Assembly: GCF_963921235.1 (NCBI RefSeq)
Contig: NC_086097.1
Coordinates: 193,566,001-193,630,000 of the forward strand
DNA from: Mobula hypostoma
Taxonomy: Eukaryota
Direction of reading: 5' to 3'
DNA: 64,000 bases
Shown here: piece after piece, positions 39,401 to 53,249 of the stretch
Layout: every line of letters starts with the position of its first letter
Position numbering within the stretch: the stretch's first letter is position 1
Made by a program: the position numbers and the translations under genes
The notes under the pieces: generated by a model
Told to the model about the DNA's origin: nothing
The model's input: the letters and a program-made list of their open reading frames with translations, nothing else
The model's database searches: none

Positions 39401-41815
39401 GAACTCAGGACCCGGACTTGGACTCAGATCTTGGAACTCGGAACTTGGAACTCGGGACCCAGACTTGGAACTCGGGACCCGGACCAGTTACTCGGATCTT
39501 CGAATTCAGAACCAGGACTTGGAAATTGGGATCCAGACTTGGAATACGGATTCCGGACTTGGAACTCGGAACATGGAACTCAGGACCCGGACAGGGAACT
39601 TGGAACGTGGAGCTCGGGACCTGGACATGGACTCGGAACCTGGAATTCGGGACCCGAACTTGGAACTCGGAATGTGGAACTCAGGACCCGGACACGGAAC
39701 TCGGAACGTGGAACTCGGGACCCGGACTTGGAACTTGGAACTAGGAAAATCAGAACCTGGACATGGAACTCAGAACATCAGAGGCTGGACTTGGTACTCA
39801 GAAATTCAGAGCCTGGACTTTACTTGGATGAAGGACATGAACCACTGAGCTCGGCCTCCTCCTTGGGTACAGGACATAGAGCCGGGTTTCTTCTGAGACA
39901 CAGGACATGGGCTACCAACAAATTGACCTTTTGTAACTGTCGTAACTGCGCAATTTTTTTTTCTGGAACTGATACCTTCGAACTCGAGTCACTTTCTTGA
40001 ATACTGTGAGATGCATTCTGAGCAGGATTCCAGTGAGGAATTCTGACTAGCAAGAGTTCAGGATACAGTGTTTGTTTCTGCTGGTTCTATGTTTGGCTAG
40101 ATCCTATTGTCACAAGTGCAGAGCACAGGTGGACCCAAAAGAAGGCTAAATATATGTTTTGTAGCATTAACAAGAATAGAGTTGACTAGTCATTGGTAGG
40201 AAGGCAGGGAAGCAAGGATTGTTCAGAGGGTGATCAAGTTTTGAGCAAAGCAGAAGCAGGAATAAGCGTGGCTAGACTCGTACTTGGACTTGGAACGTGG
40301 AACTCGGAACTCCGGACAAGGGCTTGGAACTCGGGACCCGTACATGGAACTTGGAACACGGGACCCGAACCTGGAAAATGGAAAATCAGTGCCTGGACTT
40401 GGAACTGGGAACTTCAGAGCCTGGACATGGAACTCAGGACCTGGACTTGGAACTCTGGGCCAGGACTTGGAACTCGGATGTTGGAACTCAGGACCCAGAA
40501 TTCCTACTCGGAACATGGAAGTCGGGACCCAGACTTGGAATTCGGAACCCGACGTGGAACTCGGAACATGGAACTCAGGACCCGGACACGGAATTAGGAA
40601 CGTGGAACGTGGGACCCGGATGTGGAACTTGGAACATCAGAACCTGGACATGGAACTCAGAACATCAGAGGCTGGACTCGGATCTCAGACTTTACTTAGA
40701 CAAAGGACATGAATCACGAAGCTGGGCCTCCTCCTTGGGTACAGGACATAGAGCCGGGTCTTTTCTGAGACACAGGACATGGGCTAACAACAAACTGACC
40801 TTTTGTAACTGTTGTATTTGCGCAACTTTTTTTTCTGGACCTCATACCTTCGAACTTCGAGTCAATATCTTGAATTCTGTGAGATGCATTCTGGGCAGGA
40901 TTCCAGTGGGGGATTCTGACCAGCGAGAGTTCGGGAAACAGTGTTTGTTTCTGCTGGTTCCATGTTTGGCTGGATCGTTCTGTCACAAGTGCGGAGCACG
41001 GGTGGACCCAAAAGCAGGACACAAACACGTTTTGTAGCATTAACAAGAATAGAGTATACTGATCATTAATAGGAAAGCAGGGAATCGAGGTTTGTTCAGA
41101 GGGAGATCAAGGTGTGAGCAAAGCAAAAGCAGTAATAGGCGTGGCTAGACTCGGACTTGGACTTGGAACGTGGAGCTCAGAACTAGGGACCGGGACTTGG
41201 AACTTGGAACTCGGGAGCCAGACCTGGAAATTGAAAAATCAGTGCCTGGACTTGGAACTGGGAACTGCAGTGCCTGGATTTGGAACTCTGGACATCAGAG
41301 CCTGGACATGGAGGTCGGGACCCGGACTTGGAACTCGGATGTTGGAACTTGGGACCCAGACTTCGTACTCGGAACTTGGAATTCGGGACCTGGACTTAGA
41401 TCTCAGGACCCCGACTTGGAACTCAGGACGAGGACTTGGAACTTGGAATGTGGAACTTGGGATGCAGATCTGGAACTTGGGACCAGGACATGGAATTCGG
41501 AACACAGAACTCGAGGTTCAGAATTGGAACTTGGAACTTGGATCTTGGGACCCAGATTTGGAAATTGGAACTCGGAACTCGGGACGCGGATTTGGAACAT
41601 GGAACTCATGACCCGAACTTGGAACTCGAGACCCGGAACTGGACTTGGAACTCAGAACTTGGGACCCGGACCTGGAACTCGGAAAATGGAACTCGGGACC
41701 CTGACTTGGACTCGGAACTTGGAACTCGGAACTTGGAAGTTGGGACCCAGACTTGGAACTCGAGACCTGGACCTGGAACACAGTCTGGGAATTCCAGACT
41801 TGGAACTCGGGACCT

Positions 41816-42261
41816 GGACTTGGAACTTGGAACTTGGAATTCAAAAACTGTCTTGGAACTGGGAACATGGATCCCAAACCCGGATCTGAAACTCGGAACA
41901 TGGAACTCGGGACCCCGGACACGGAACTCGGGACCTGGAACTCGGAACCTGGAACTCGATACCCAGACTTGCAACTCAGAACTTCGAACTTGGGACCCGG
42001 ACCTGGAACTCGGGACCCAGACTTGGAACTCGAGACCCAGACTTGGAACTTGGAACTTGGAATTCAAAAACTGTCTTGGAACTGGGAACATGGATCCCAA
42101 ACCCGGATCTGAAACTTGGAACATGGAACTCGGGACCCCGGACACGGAACTCGGGACCTGGAACTCGGAACCTGGAACTCGATACCCAGACTTGCAACTC
42201 AGAACTTCGAACTTGGGACCCGGACCTGGAACTCGGGACCCAGACTTGGAACTCGGGACCC
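41816..42261. repeat. ~223-bp tandem duplication inside a microrepeat tract
   Basis: tcaaaaactgtcttggaactgggaacatggatcccaaacccggatctgaaac occurs at 41841 and 42064, with matching downstream sequence. Confidence 0.85.
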
Positions 42262-45200
42262 AGACTTGGAATTTGGAACTCGGGACGCGGATTTGGAACA
42301 TGGAATTCGTGACCCGGAACTGGACTTGGAACTCCGAACTTGGGACCCGGACCTGGAGCTCTGAACGTGGAACTCGGGACCCTTACTTGGACTCGGAACT
42401 TGGAAGTCAGGACTCCGGGCACGGAACTCGGAACTTGGAGGTCGGGACCCAGACTTGCAACTTGGGACTGTGAACATCAGAGCCTGGACATGGAACTCAG
42501 AACATCAGAGGCTGGACTTGGAAATCGGAACATCAGAGCCAGTAATTTTTTCAGACAAGGGAGATGGAAAACTGAGCTGGGCCTCCTCCTTTGTTACAGA
42601 ACATAGAGCTGAGACTCTTCTTAGACACAGTACAAGGGTTAACAATAAATTGACTTTTTGTAGCTGTTGTAATTGCGCTATTTGTTTTTCCTAAACTGAT
42701 AGCTTCGAACTTCGAGTCACTTTCTTGAATTCTGTGCGATGCATTCCGGGCAGGATTCCTGTAGCGGATACTGACTAGCGAGAGTTTGGGAAACAGTGTT
42801 TGTGTCTGCTGGTTCTATGTTTGGCTAGATCATTCCGTCACAAGTGCGGAGCACAGGTGTACCTGAAAGCAGGACAGAAACACATTTTGTAGCGTTAACA
42901 GTAATAGAGTTTATTAATCATTACTAGGAAAGCAGGGAAGCAAGGATTGTTCAGAGGGAGATCAAGGAGTGAGCAAAGCAGAAGCAGGAATAGGTGTGGC
43001 TAGACTTGGACTTGGACTTGGAACCTGGAAATCGAAACTCAGGACCCGGACGTCAATCTCGGACCCAGACTTGGAACTCAGAACTTGGAACTTGGACCCG
43101 GACTTGGATTTCGAACTTGGAACTCGGGACCCGGGACCCGGACTTCGAACTTGCGACCCGGACGTGGAACTCGGGAACCGGACTTGGAACTCGGGACCTG
43201 GATTTAGAACTCGGAACTTGGAACACATAACTTGGGACCCGGATTGGAACTCGGAACTTGGAACTCGGGACCCGGACTTGGAACTCGGAATGTTGTACTC
43301 GGAACCCGGACCTGAAACTGGGAACATGGAACTCGGAACCTGGAATTCAGGACCTGACTTGGAACTCGAGACCCGGACTTGGAACTCATGACCCGGACCT
43401 GGAACTCAGAACCTGGAACTTGGTACCCAGACTTGGAACTCGGAACTTCGAACTCGGGACCCGGACCTGGAACTTGGAACTTGGGACCCAGATTTGGAAC
43501 TTGGAGCTCAGGACGTGGATTTGGAACATGGAACTCATGACCTGAACTTGGAACTTGGGACCCAGATTTGGAACTTGGAGCCCGGGAAGCGGATTTGGAA
43601 CATGGAACTCATGACCCAAACTTGGAACTCGAGACCCAGAACTGGACTTGGAACTCAGAACTCGGGACCCGGACCTGGAACTCGGAATTTGGAAGTCGGG
43701 ACCTGGACTTGGAACTCGAGACCTGGAAGTGGAACTCAGTCTGGGAATTCCAGACTTGGAACTCGTGTCCCGGACTTGGAAGTTGGAACTTGGAATTCAA
43801 AAACTGTCTTGGAACTGGGAACATGGATCCCAAACCTGGATCTGAAACTCGGAACATGGAACTCGGGACCCCGGACACGGAACTCGGAACTTGGAGATCG
43901 GGACCCAGACTTGCAACTTGGAACTGGGAACATCAGAGCCTGGACATGGAACTCAGAACATCAGAGGCTGGACTTGGAACTCAGAACATCAGAGCCAGTA
44001 ATTTTCTCAGACAAGGGAGATGGAAAACTGAGCTGGGCCTCCTCCTTTGGTACAGAACATAGAGCCGAGACTCTTCTCAGACACCGTGCATGGGCTTACA
44101 ATAAATTGACCTTTTGTAGCTGTTGTTGTAATTGCGCCATTTGGTTTTCCTAAACTGATAGCTTTGAACTTCGAGTCACTTTCTTGAATTCTCTGAGATG
44201 CATTCTGGGCAGAATTCCAGTGGGGGACCCTGACTAGCAAGAGTTCGGGAAAAAGTGTTTGTGTCTGCTAGTTCCATGTTTGTCTGGATCGTTCTGTCAC
44301 AAGTGCGGAGCATGGGTGGACCCAAAAGCAGGACACAAACACATTTTGTAACGTTAACAATAATAGAGTTTACTAATCATTAGTAGGAAAGCAGGGAAGC
44401 AAGGATTGTTCAGAGGAAGATAATGGAGTGAGGAAAGCAAAAGTAGTAATAAGCGTGGCTAGACTCGGACTTGGACTTGGAACGTGGACTCGGAACTCGT
44501 GACCGGAACTTGAACTCGGGACCCGCACATGGAACTTGGAACTCGGGTCTCGGACTTGGAACTCAGAACTCGGGACCCAGACCTGGAAATTGGAAAATCA
44601 GTGCCTGGACTTGGAACTGGGAAATTCAGAGCCTGGGTTTGGAAATCTGAACATCAGAGCCTGGACATGAAACTCGGGACCCGGACTTGGAATTCGGATG
44701 TTGGAACTTGGGACCCAGACTTCATACTCGGAACTTGGAATTCGGGACCTGGGCTTGGAATACAGGACCCAGACTTGGAACTCAGGACGCGGACTTGGAA
44801 CTCAGAACTCAGGACCTGGACCCGGAACTCGGGACCCAGACTTGGAACTTGGAACTCGGTACCCAGACTTGGAACTTAGAACTCGGAACCAGGACTTGCA
44901 ACTTGGAACTCAGAATGCGGATTTGGAACATGGAACTCAGGACCCAGACTTGCAAATTGGAACTCGAGACCCGGAATTAGATTTGGAACTCGGAACTCGG
45001 GACCCGGACCTGGAACTCAGAAACTGGAACTCACAACCCAGACTTCAACTCTGAACTTGGAACTCGGAACTTGGAATTCGGGACCCGGATTTGGAACTCG
45101 GGACCCGGACCTGGAACTCGGATATTGGAATTCAGGACCCGGACTTGTGAATCGAGACCCGGACCTGGAACTTGGAACATGGAACTTAGGACCCTGAACA

Positions 45201-45964
45201 CGGAACTCGGAACTTGGAAGTCAGTACCTGCACTTGGAACTTGGAACTGGGAACATCAGAGCCTGGATATGGAACTCAGAAAATCAGAGGCTGGAATTGG
45301 AACTCGGAACATCAGAGCCTGTACTTTTATAGATACAGGATATGCAAAACTGAGCTGGGCCTCCTGCTTTGGTGCAGAACATAGAGCCGGTACTCTTCAT
45401 AGACACAGTACATGGGCTAACAACAAATTGACCTTTTGTAGCCGTTGTTGTAAGTGCACAATTTTTTTTTTCTGTGAAACTGATATCTTCGAACTTCAAG
45501 CCACTTTCTTGAATTCTGTGAGATGCATTCGGGGCAGGATTCTAGTAGCGGATTCTGACTAGCGAGAGTTCGGGAAACAGTGTTTGTGTCTGCTGGTTCT
45601 ATGTTTGGCTAGATCATTCTGTCACAAGTGCGGACACAGGTGGACCTGAAAGCAGAACACAAACACGTTTTGTAGCATTAACAATAATAGAGTTTATTAA
45701 TCAGTACTAGGAAAGCAGGGAAGCAAGGATTGTTCAGAGGGAGATCAAGGAGTGAGCAAAGCAGAAGCAGGAATAAGTGTGGCTAGACTTGGACTTGGAC
45801 TTGGAACTTGGAAATCAAAACTCAGGACCCAGACGTCAATCTTGGACACGGACTTGGAGCTCTGAATATGGAACTCGGGACCCTTACTTGGACTCAGAAC
45901 TTGGAAGTCGGGACTCCGGGCACGGAACTCGGAACTTGGAGGTCGGGACCCAGACTTGCAACTT

Positions 45965-47205
45965 GGAACTGGGAACATCAGAGCCTGGACATGGAACTCA
46001 AAACATCAGAGGCTGGACTTGGAAATCGGAACATCAGAGCCAGTAATTTTCTCAGACAAGGGAGATGGAAAACTGAGCTGGGCCTCCTCCTTTGGTACAG
46101 AACATAGAACCGAGACTCTTCTTAGACACAGTACATGGGCTAACAATAAAATGACCTTTTTGTAGCTGTTGTGTTGACTTGGAACTCGAGACCCAGACTT
46201 GGAACTTGTAACTCGGGACCCGGACTTGGAACTTGGAACTTGGAATTCTGGACCCCACTTGGAACTCGGGACACGGTCTTGGAACTCGGAACCTGGACTT
46301 GGAACTCCGGACCTGGAACTGGAACTCGGAATTCAGGACCCCACTTGGAACTCGGAACTTGGAACTCGGTACCCGGACTTGGAACTCGGAACTTGGAATT
46401 AGGGACATGACTTGGAACTCGGGACCCGGTTTTGGAACTCATGACCAGGACATGCAACTCGGAATTGGAACTCGGGACCCGGACGTGGGACTGGGAGCTT
46501 GGAACCCGGGACCCAGACCTGGAACTCGGAACATGGAACTCGGGACCCGGACATGGGACTCGGAGCATGTAACTCAGAACTTGGAAGTCGGGACCCGTAC
46601 TTGGAACTTGGAACTGGGAACATCAGAGCCTGGACATGGAACTCAAAACATCAGAGGCTGGACTTGGAAATCGGAACATCAGAGCCAGTAATTTTCTCAG
46701 ACAAGGGAGATGGAAAACTGAGCTGGGCCTCCTCCTTTGGTACAGAACATAGAACCGAGACTCTTCTTAGACACAGTACATGGGCTAACAATAAAATGAC
46801 CTTTTTGTAGCTGTTGTGTTGACTTGGAACTCGAGACCCAGACTTGGAACTTGTAACTCGGGACCCGGACTTGGAACTTGGAACTTGGAATTCAGGACCC
46901 CACTTGGAACTCGGAACTTGGAACTCGGTACCCGGACTTGGAACTCGGAACTTGGAATTAGGGACATGACTTGGAACTCGGGACCCGGTTTTGGAACTCA
47001 TGACCAGGACATGCAACTCGGAATTGGAACTCGGGACCCGGACGTGGGACTGGGAGCTTGGAACCCGGGACCCAGACCTGGAACTCGGAACATGGAACTC
47101 GGGACCCGGACATGGGACTCGGAGCATGTAACTCAGAACTTGGAAGTCGGGACCCGTACTTGGAACTTGGAACTGGGAACATCAGAGCCTGGACATGGAA
47201 CTCAG
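45965..47205. repeat. Recent direct tandem duplication of a truncated unit (645-bp period; second copy has an 86-bp deletion)
   Basis: Near-identical text starts at about 45965 and 46610. Matching ORFs are offset by 645 (46171/46816) and then by 559 (46499/47058). Confidence 0.88.
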
Positions 47206-50200
47206 AGCGTCAGAGACTGGACTTGAAACTCAGAAATTCAGAGCTTGGAATTTACTTAGACGAAGAACATGAATCACTGAGTTGGGCCTCCTCCTTGGGT
47301 ACAGGACATAGAGCCGGGTCTCTTCTTAGACACAGGATATGGGCTAACAGCAAATTGACCATTTGTAACTATTGTTGTAAATGTGCAAATTTTTTTTCTG
47401 GAACTGATACCTTCGAACTTCAAGGCACTTGCTTGAATTCTGTGAGATGCATTCTGGACAGGATTCCAGTGCAGGATTCTGACTAGCAAGACTTTGGGAA
47501 ACAGTGTTTGTGTCTGCTGGTTCTATGTTTGACTGGATCGTTCTATCACAAGTGCGGAGCACGGTTGGACCCAAAAGCAGGACACAAACACGGTTTGTAG
47601 CATTAACAAGAATGTAGTTTACTGCCGGGAAAGCCGGGAAGGAAGGATTGTTCAGAGGGATTTCAAGGTGTGAGCAAAGCAGAAGCAATAATAAGCGTGG
47701 CTAGACTTGGACTTGGACTTGGAACTTGGGATCCGCATATGGAACCTGGAACTCGGGACCCGGACTTGGACCTTGGAACACGGGACTGGGACCTGGAATT
47801 TGGAAAATCAGTGCCTGGACTTCGAACTGTGAACTTCAGAGCCTGAACATGGAACTAGGGACCCGGACTTGGAACTCACAACTTGGAACTCTGGACCAGG
47901 ACTTAGAACTTGGATGTTGGAACTCAGGACTCAGACTTCATACTCGGAACTTGGAATTCGGAACCCAGACTTGGAACTCAGGATCCAGACTTGGAACACG
48001 GGACTCGGACTTGGGACTCGGAATATCGAACTCGGGAGCCGGACTTGGAACTCGGAACATGGAACTCAGAACCCGGACATGGAACTCGGAACATGGAATT
48101 CAAGACCTGAACTTGAAACCTGGACCCAGACTTGAAACTTGGAACTCGGGACCTGGACTTGCAACTTGGAACTCGGGACACTGATTTGGAACATGGAACT
48201 TGGGACCCAGACTTGGAACTTGGAACTCGAACCCGGACCTGCAATTTTGGACCCGAACTTGGAATTCGGGACTCGGACCTGGAACTCAGATCTTGGAATT
48301 CGGGACCGGGACTTGGAAACCGGGACCTAGACTTGGAACTTGGTACTTGAAACTCAGGTCCCAGACTTGGAACTCGGAACTTGGAATTCGGAACCCGGTT
48401 TGGAACTCGGAACATGGAACTCAGGACCCGGACACGTAACTCGGAACGTGGAACTCGGAACCTGAACTTGGAACTTGGAACTGGGAATATCAGAGCCTGG
48501 ACATGGAACTCAGAACATCAGAGCCTGGACTTGGTACTCAGAAATTCAGGGCCTGGACTTTACTTAGACGAAGGACACGAATCGCTGAGCTGGGCCTCCT
48601 CCTTGGGTACAGGACATAGAGCTGGGTCTCTTCTGAGACACAGGACATGGGCTAACAACAAATTGACCTTTAGTAACTGTGGTTGTAATTGCGCAATTTT
48701 TTTTTTTCTGGAACTGTTACCTTCAAACTTCGAGACACTTTCTTGAATTCTGTGAGATGCATTCTGGGCAGGATCCCAGTGGGGGATTCTGACTAGCGAG
48801 AGTTCGGGAAACAGTGTTTGTTTCTGCTGGTTCCATGTTTGTCTAGATCGTTCTGTCACAAGTGCGGAGCATGCATGGACCCTAAAGAAGGCCAAAAACA
48901 CGTTTTGTAGAATTAACAAAAATAGAGTTTACTGATCATTAGTAGGAAAGCAGGGAAGCAAGGATTGTTCAGAGGGAGATCAAGCTGTGAGCAAAGCAGA
49001 AGCAGTAATAAACGTGGCTAGACTTGGACTTGGAATGGGGAACTGGGAACTCGGGACAGGGACTTGCATCTTGAGACACGCACATGGAACTTGGAACCTG
49101 ACCCGGACTTGGAACTTGGAACTCGGGACCCCGACCTGGAAGTGAGAAAATCAGTGCCTGGACTTGGAACTGGGATCTTCAGAGCCTGGATTCGAAACTC
49201 TGAACATCAAAACCTGGACATGGAACTCGGGACCCACAGTTGGAACTTGGGACCCAGAATTTGTAATTGGAAATTGGAATTTGAGACCTGGACTTGCAAC
49301 GTGGAACTCGGGACGTGGATTTGGAACATGGAACTCGCGACCCAGATTTGGAACTTGGAACTCAAGAGCCGGAACTGGACTTGGAACTCGGTACTCAGGA
49401 CCCAGACCTGGAACTCGGAAACTGGAACTTGGGACCCGGACTTCGAACTTGGAACTGGGAACATCAGAGCCTGGACATGGAACTCAGAATGTCAGAGGTT
49501 GGATTTGGAACTCAGAAATTCAGAGCCTGGACTAAGTAAACTTAGTAAACTTAGACGAAAGACATGAGTCACTGAGCTGGGCCTCCTCCTTGGGTACAGG
49601 ACTATAGCCGGGTCTGTTCTCAGATACGGGACATGGGTAACAACAAATTGACCTTTTCTAACTGTTATTGTAATTGCACAATTTTTTTTTCTTAAACTGA
49701 TACCTTCAACTTTCGCGTCACTTTCTTGAATTCTGTGAGATGCATTCTGGGCAGGATCCCAGTGCAGGATTCTGACTAGCAAGATTTTGGGATACAGTGT
49801 TTGTGTTTGCTGGTTCTATGTTTGGCTGGATCGTTCTGTCATAAGTGCGGAGCATGGGTGGACCCTAAAGAAGGCCAAAAACACGTTTTGTAGCATTAAT
49901 TAGGAATAGAGTTTTCTAATCATTAGTAGGAAAGCAGGGAAGCAAGGATTGTTCAGAGGGAGATCAAGGTGTGAACAAACAGAATCAGTAATAAGCGTGG
50001 CTCGACTCGTACTTGGACTTGGAACGTGGACATCGGAACTTGGGACCGGGACTTGGAACTTAGGACTCGCACATGGAACTTGGAACACGGGACCCGGACC
50101 CAGAAAATGGAAAATCAGTGCCTGGACTTGGAACTGGGAACCAGAGCCTGGACATGGAACTCGGGACCCGGACTTGCAACTCCGAACATGTAACTCAGGA

Positions 50201-53200
50201 CCCGGATATGGAACTCGAGACCTGGACTTGGCAATCGGGACCCAAACTTGGAACTTGGAACTCGGGACCTGGACTTGCAAGTTGGAACTAGGGACGTGGA
50301 TTTGGAACATGAAACCCGAGACCCAGACTTGGAACTTGCAACTTGAGACCTGGAACTGGACTTGGAACTCGGAACTCAGGACCCGGACATGGACTCAGAA
50401 CTTGGAACTCGGAACTTGAAATTCAGGATCCAGACTTGGAACTCGGGACCCGGACCTGGAACTCAGATCTTGGAATTCGGGACCGGGACTTGGAACTCGG
50501 AACCCGGACTTGGAACTTGGAACTGGGAACATCAGAGCCTGGACATGGAACTCATAACGTCGGAGGCAGGATTTGGAACTCAGAAATTCAGAGCCTGGAC
50601 TTTACTTAGATGAAAGACATGAATCACTGAGCTGGGCCTCCTCCTTGGGTACAGGACATAGAGCCGGGTCTGTTCTCAGATACAGGACATGGGTAACAAC
50701 AAATTGACCTTTTGTAACTGTTGTTGTAATTGCACAATTTTTTTTTTCTGTAAAACTGATATCTTTGAACTTGGAGCCACTTTCTTGAATTCTATTAGAT
50801 GCATTCAGTGCAGGATTCTAGTAGCGGATTCTGACTAGCGAGAGTTCGGGAAACAGTGTTTGTGTCTGCTGGTCCTATGTTTGGCTGGATCATTCTGTCA
50901 CAAGTGCGAAGCACGGGTGGACCCAAAAGAAGGCCAAAAACACGTTTTGTACGTCAAGAAGAATACAGTTTACTAATCATTAGTAGGAAAGCAGGGAAGC
51001 AAGGATTGTTCAGAGGGAGATCAGGGTGTGAACAAAGCAGAAGCAGTAATAAGCGTGGCTCGACTCGTGCTTGGACTTGTAACATGGACGTCGGAACTCG
51101 GGACCGGGATTTGGAACTTGGGACCGGGACTTGGAACTTAGGACTCGCACATGGAACTTGGAACACGGGACCCGGACCTGGAAAATGGAAAATCAGTGCC
51201 TGGACTTGGAACTGGGAACTTCAGAGCCTGGAAATGAAACTCGGGACCCGGACATGGAACTCTGGTCCCGGACTTGGAACTTGGATGTTGGGACCTGGAA
51301 CGGGACTTGGAACTCGGAACTCAGGACCCGGACATGGACTCAGAACTTGGAACTCGGAACTTGGAATTCAGGATCCAGACTTGGAACTCGGGACCTGAAC
51401 TTGGAACTCCGAACGTTGTACTTGGAACCCGGACCTGAAACTGGGAACATGGAACTCGGTACCTGGACTTGGAAATCGGAACCTGGAATTCGGGACCTGA
51501 CTTGGAACTCGAGACCCGGACTTGGAACTCACGACCCGGACCTGGAACTCGGAACCTGGAACTCGGTACCCAGACTTGGAACTCGGAACTTCGAACTCGG
51601 GACCCGGAATTGGAACTCGGGTCCCGGACCTGGAACTTGGAACTTGGGACCCAGATTTGGAACTTGGAGCTCGGGACGCGGATTTGGAACATGGAACTCG
51701 TGACCCGAACTTGGAACTCGAGACCCGGAACTGGACTTGGAACTCAGAGCTCGGGACCCGGACCTGGAACTCGGAAAATGGAACTCGGGACCCTGACTTG
51801 GACTTGGAACTTGGAAGTCGGGACCCGGACTTGGAACTCGAGACCTGGAAGTGGAACTCAGTCTGGGAATTCCAGACTTGGAACTCGTGTCCCGGACTTG
51901 GAAGTTGGAACTTGGAATTCAAAAACTGACTTGGAACTGGGAACGTGGATCTCAAACCCGGATCTGGAACTCGGAGCGTGGAACTCGGGACCCCGCACAC
52001 GGAACTCGGAACTTGGAGACCGGGACCCAGACTTGCAACTTGGAACCTGGAACATCAGAGCCTGGACATGGAACTCAGAACATCAGAGGCTGGACTTGGA
52101 ACTCGGAACATCAGAGCCAGTAATTTTCTCAGACAAGGGAGATGGAAAACTGAGCTGGGCCTCCTCCTTTGGTACAGAACATAGAACCGAGACTCTTCTT
52201 AGACACAGTACATGGGCTAACAATAAATTGACCTTTTGTAGCTGTTGTTATGTTGATTTGGAACTCGAGACCCAGCCTTGGAACTTGTAACTCGGGACCC
52301 GGACTTGGAACTTGGAACTTGGAATTCAGGACCCAACTTGGAACTCGGGACCGGGTCTTGGAACTCAGAACCTGGACTTGGAACTCCGGACCTGGAACTG
52401 GAACTCGGAATTCAGGACCCCACTTGGAACTCGGAAATTGGAACTCGGTACCCGGACTTGGAACTCGGAACTTGGAATTGGGGACCTGACTTGGAACTCG
52501 GGACCCGGTTTTGGAACTCGTGACCAGGACATGCAACTCGGACTTGGAACTCGGGACCCGGACGTGGAACTGGGAACTTGGAACTCGAGACCCGGACCTG
52601 GAACTCGGAAAATGGAACTCGGGACCCGGTCATGGAACTCGGAGCATGGAACTCAGAACTTGGAAGTCGGGACCCGTACTTGGAACTTGGAACTGGGAAC
52701 ATCAGAGCCTGGACATGAAACTCAGAGCATCAGGGTCAGGATTTGAAACTCAGAAATTCAGAGCTTGGAATTTACTTAGACGAAGGACATGAATCGCTGA
52801 GCTGGGCCTCCTCCTTGGGTACAGGACATAGAGCCGGGTCTCTTCTTAGACACAGGATATGGGCTTTCTTTCTTTTTCAATCTTTTTAATAATTTCAAAA
52901 TATAGAAACAAAACATAGCAATAATACAAATAGTAGGAGATATATTGTTACACTTAAGAAAAGTAATTGTAAAATCAAATAGTGTAAATTAACAAAGCTC
53001 CCAATCATGTAAAACTAACAACGGATAATACATAGCAAAAAAAACTGTAAAAAAAATCATGAAAAAGAAAAAAAAAACAAAAAAAAGCAAACCCCATCCC
53101 CAAAGAAAAACAAAATTAATCAACTAAATTAAAAGACTTGGGCAAAACTAACAACTTAAAAATGGAAAAGAAGAAAACCTTAGTGTCGACGACTCCATTC

Positions 53201-53249
53201 CCCTCCAACAACAGTACAGAGAGATAAAACAAGTTTGGAAATGATCAAA

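Larger units (their letters stand above)
1..52865. repeat. Complex tandem macrosatellite, left arm (conserved ~450-480 bp core + variable GGAACTY/GGGACCC/GGACTT tract per unit)
   Basis: The core landmark tctgtcacaagtgcggagcac...ggacccaaaagcaggac recurs head-to-tail at about 311, 1768, 3845, 5401, 6287, 7629, 9054, 10810, 12244, 14123, 16154, 17715, 19288, 20246, 21801, 23441, 25320, 26407, 27882, 29262, 30717, 32055, 34267, 35318, 36474, 37668, 38806, 40108, 40981, 42836, 44295, 45620, 47544, 48854, 49837 and 50896. Truncated cores lie near 33300, 46170, 46815 and 52250. The array runs off the window start. Confidence 0.97.

Noticed and set aside
1..52865. CRISPR-like alternation of a conserved repeat and variable spacers
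   Set aside because: The repeats are ~450 bp and the spacers are mutually related microsatellite tracts. There are no cas genes, and the context is eukaryotic (L1, Penelope).
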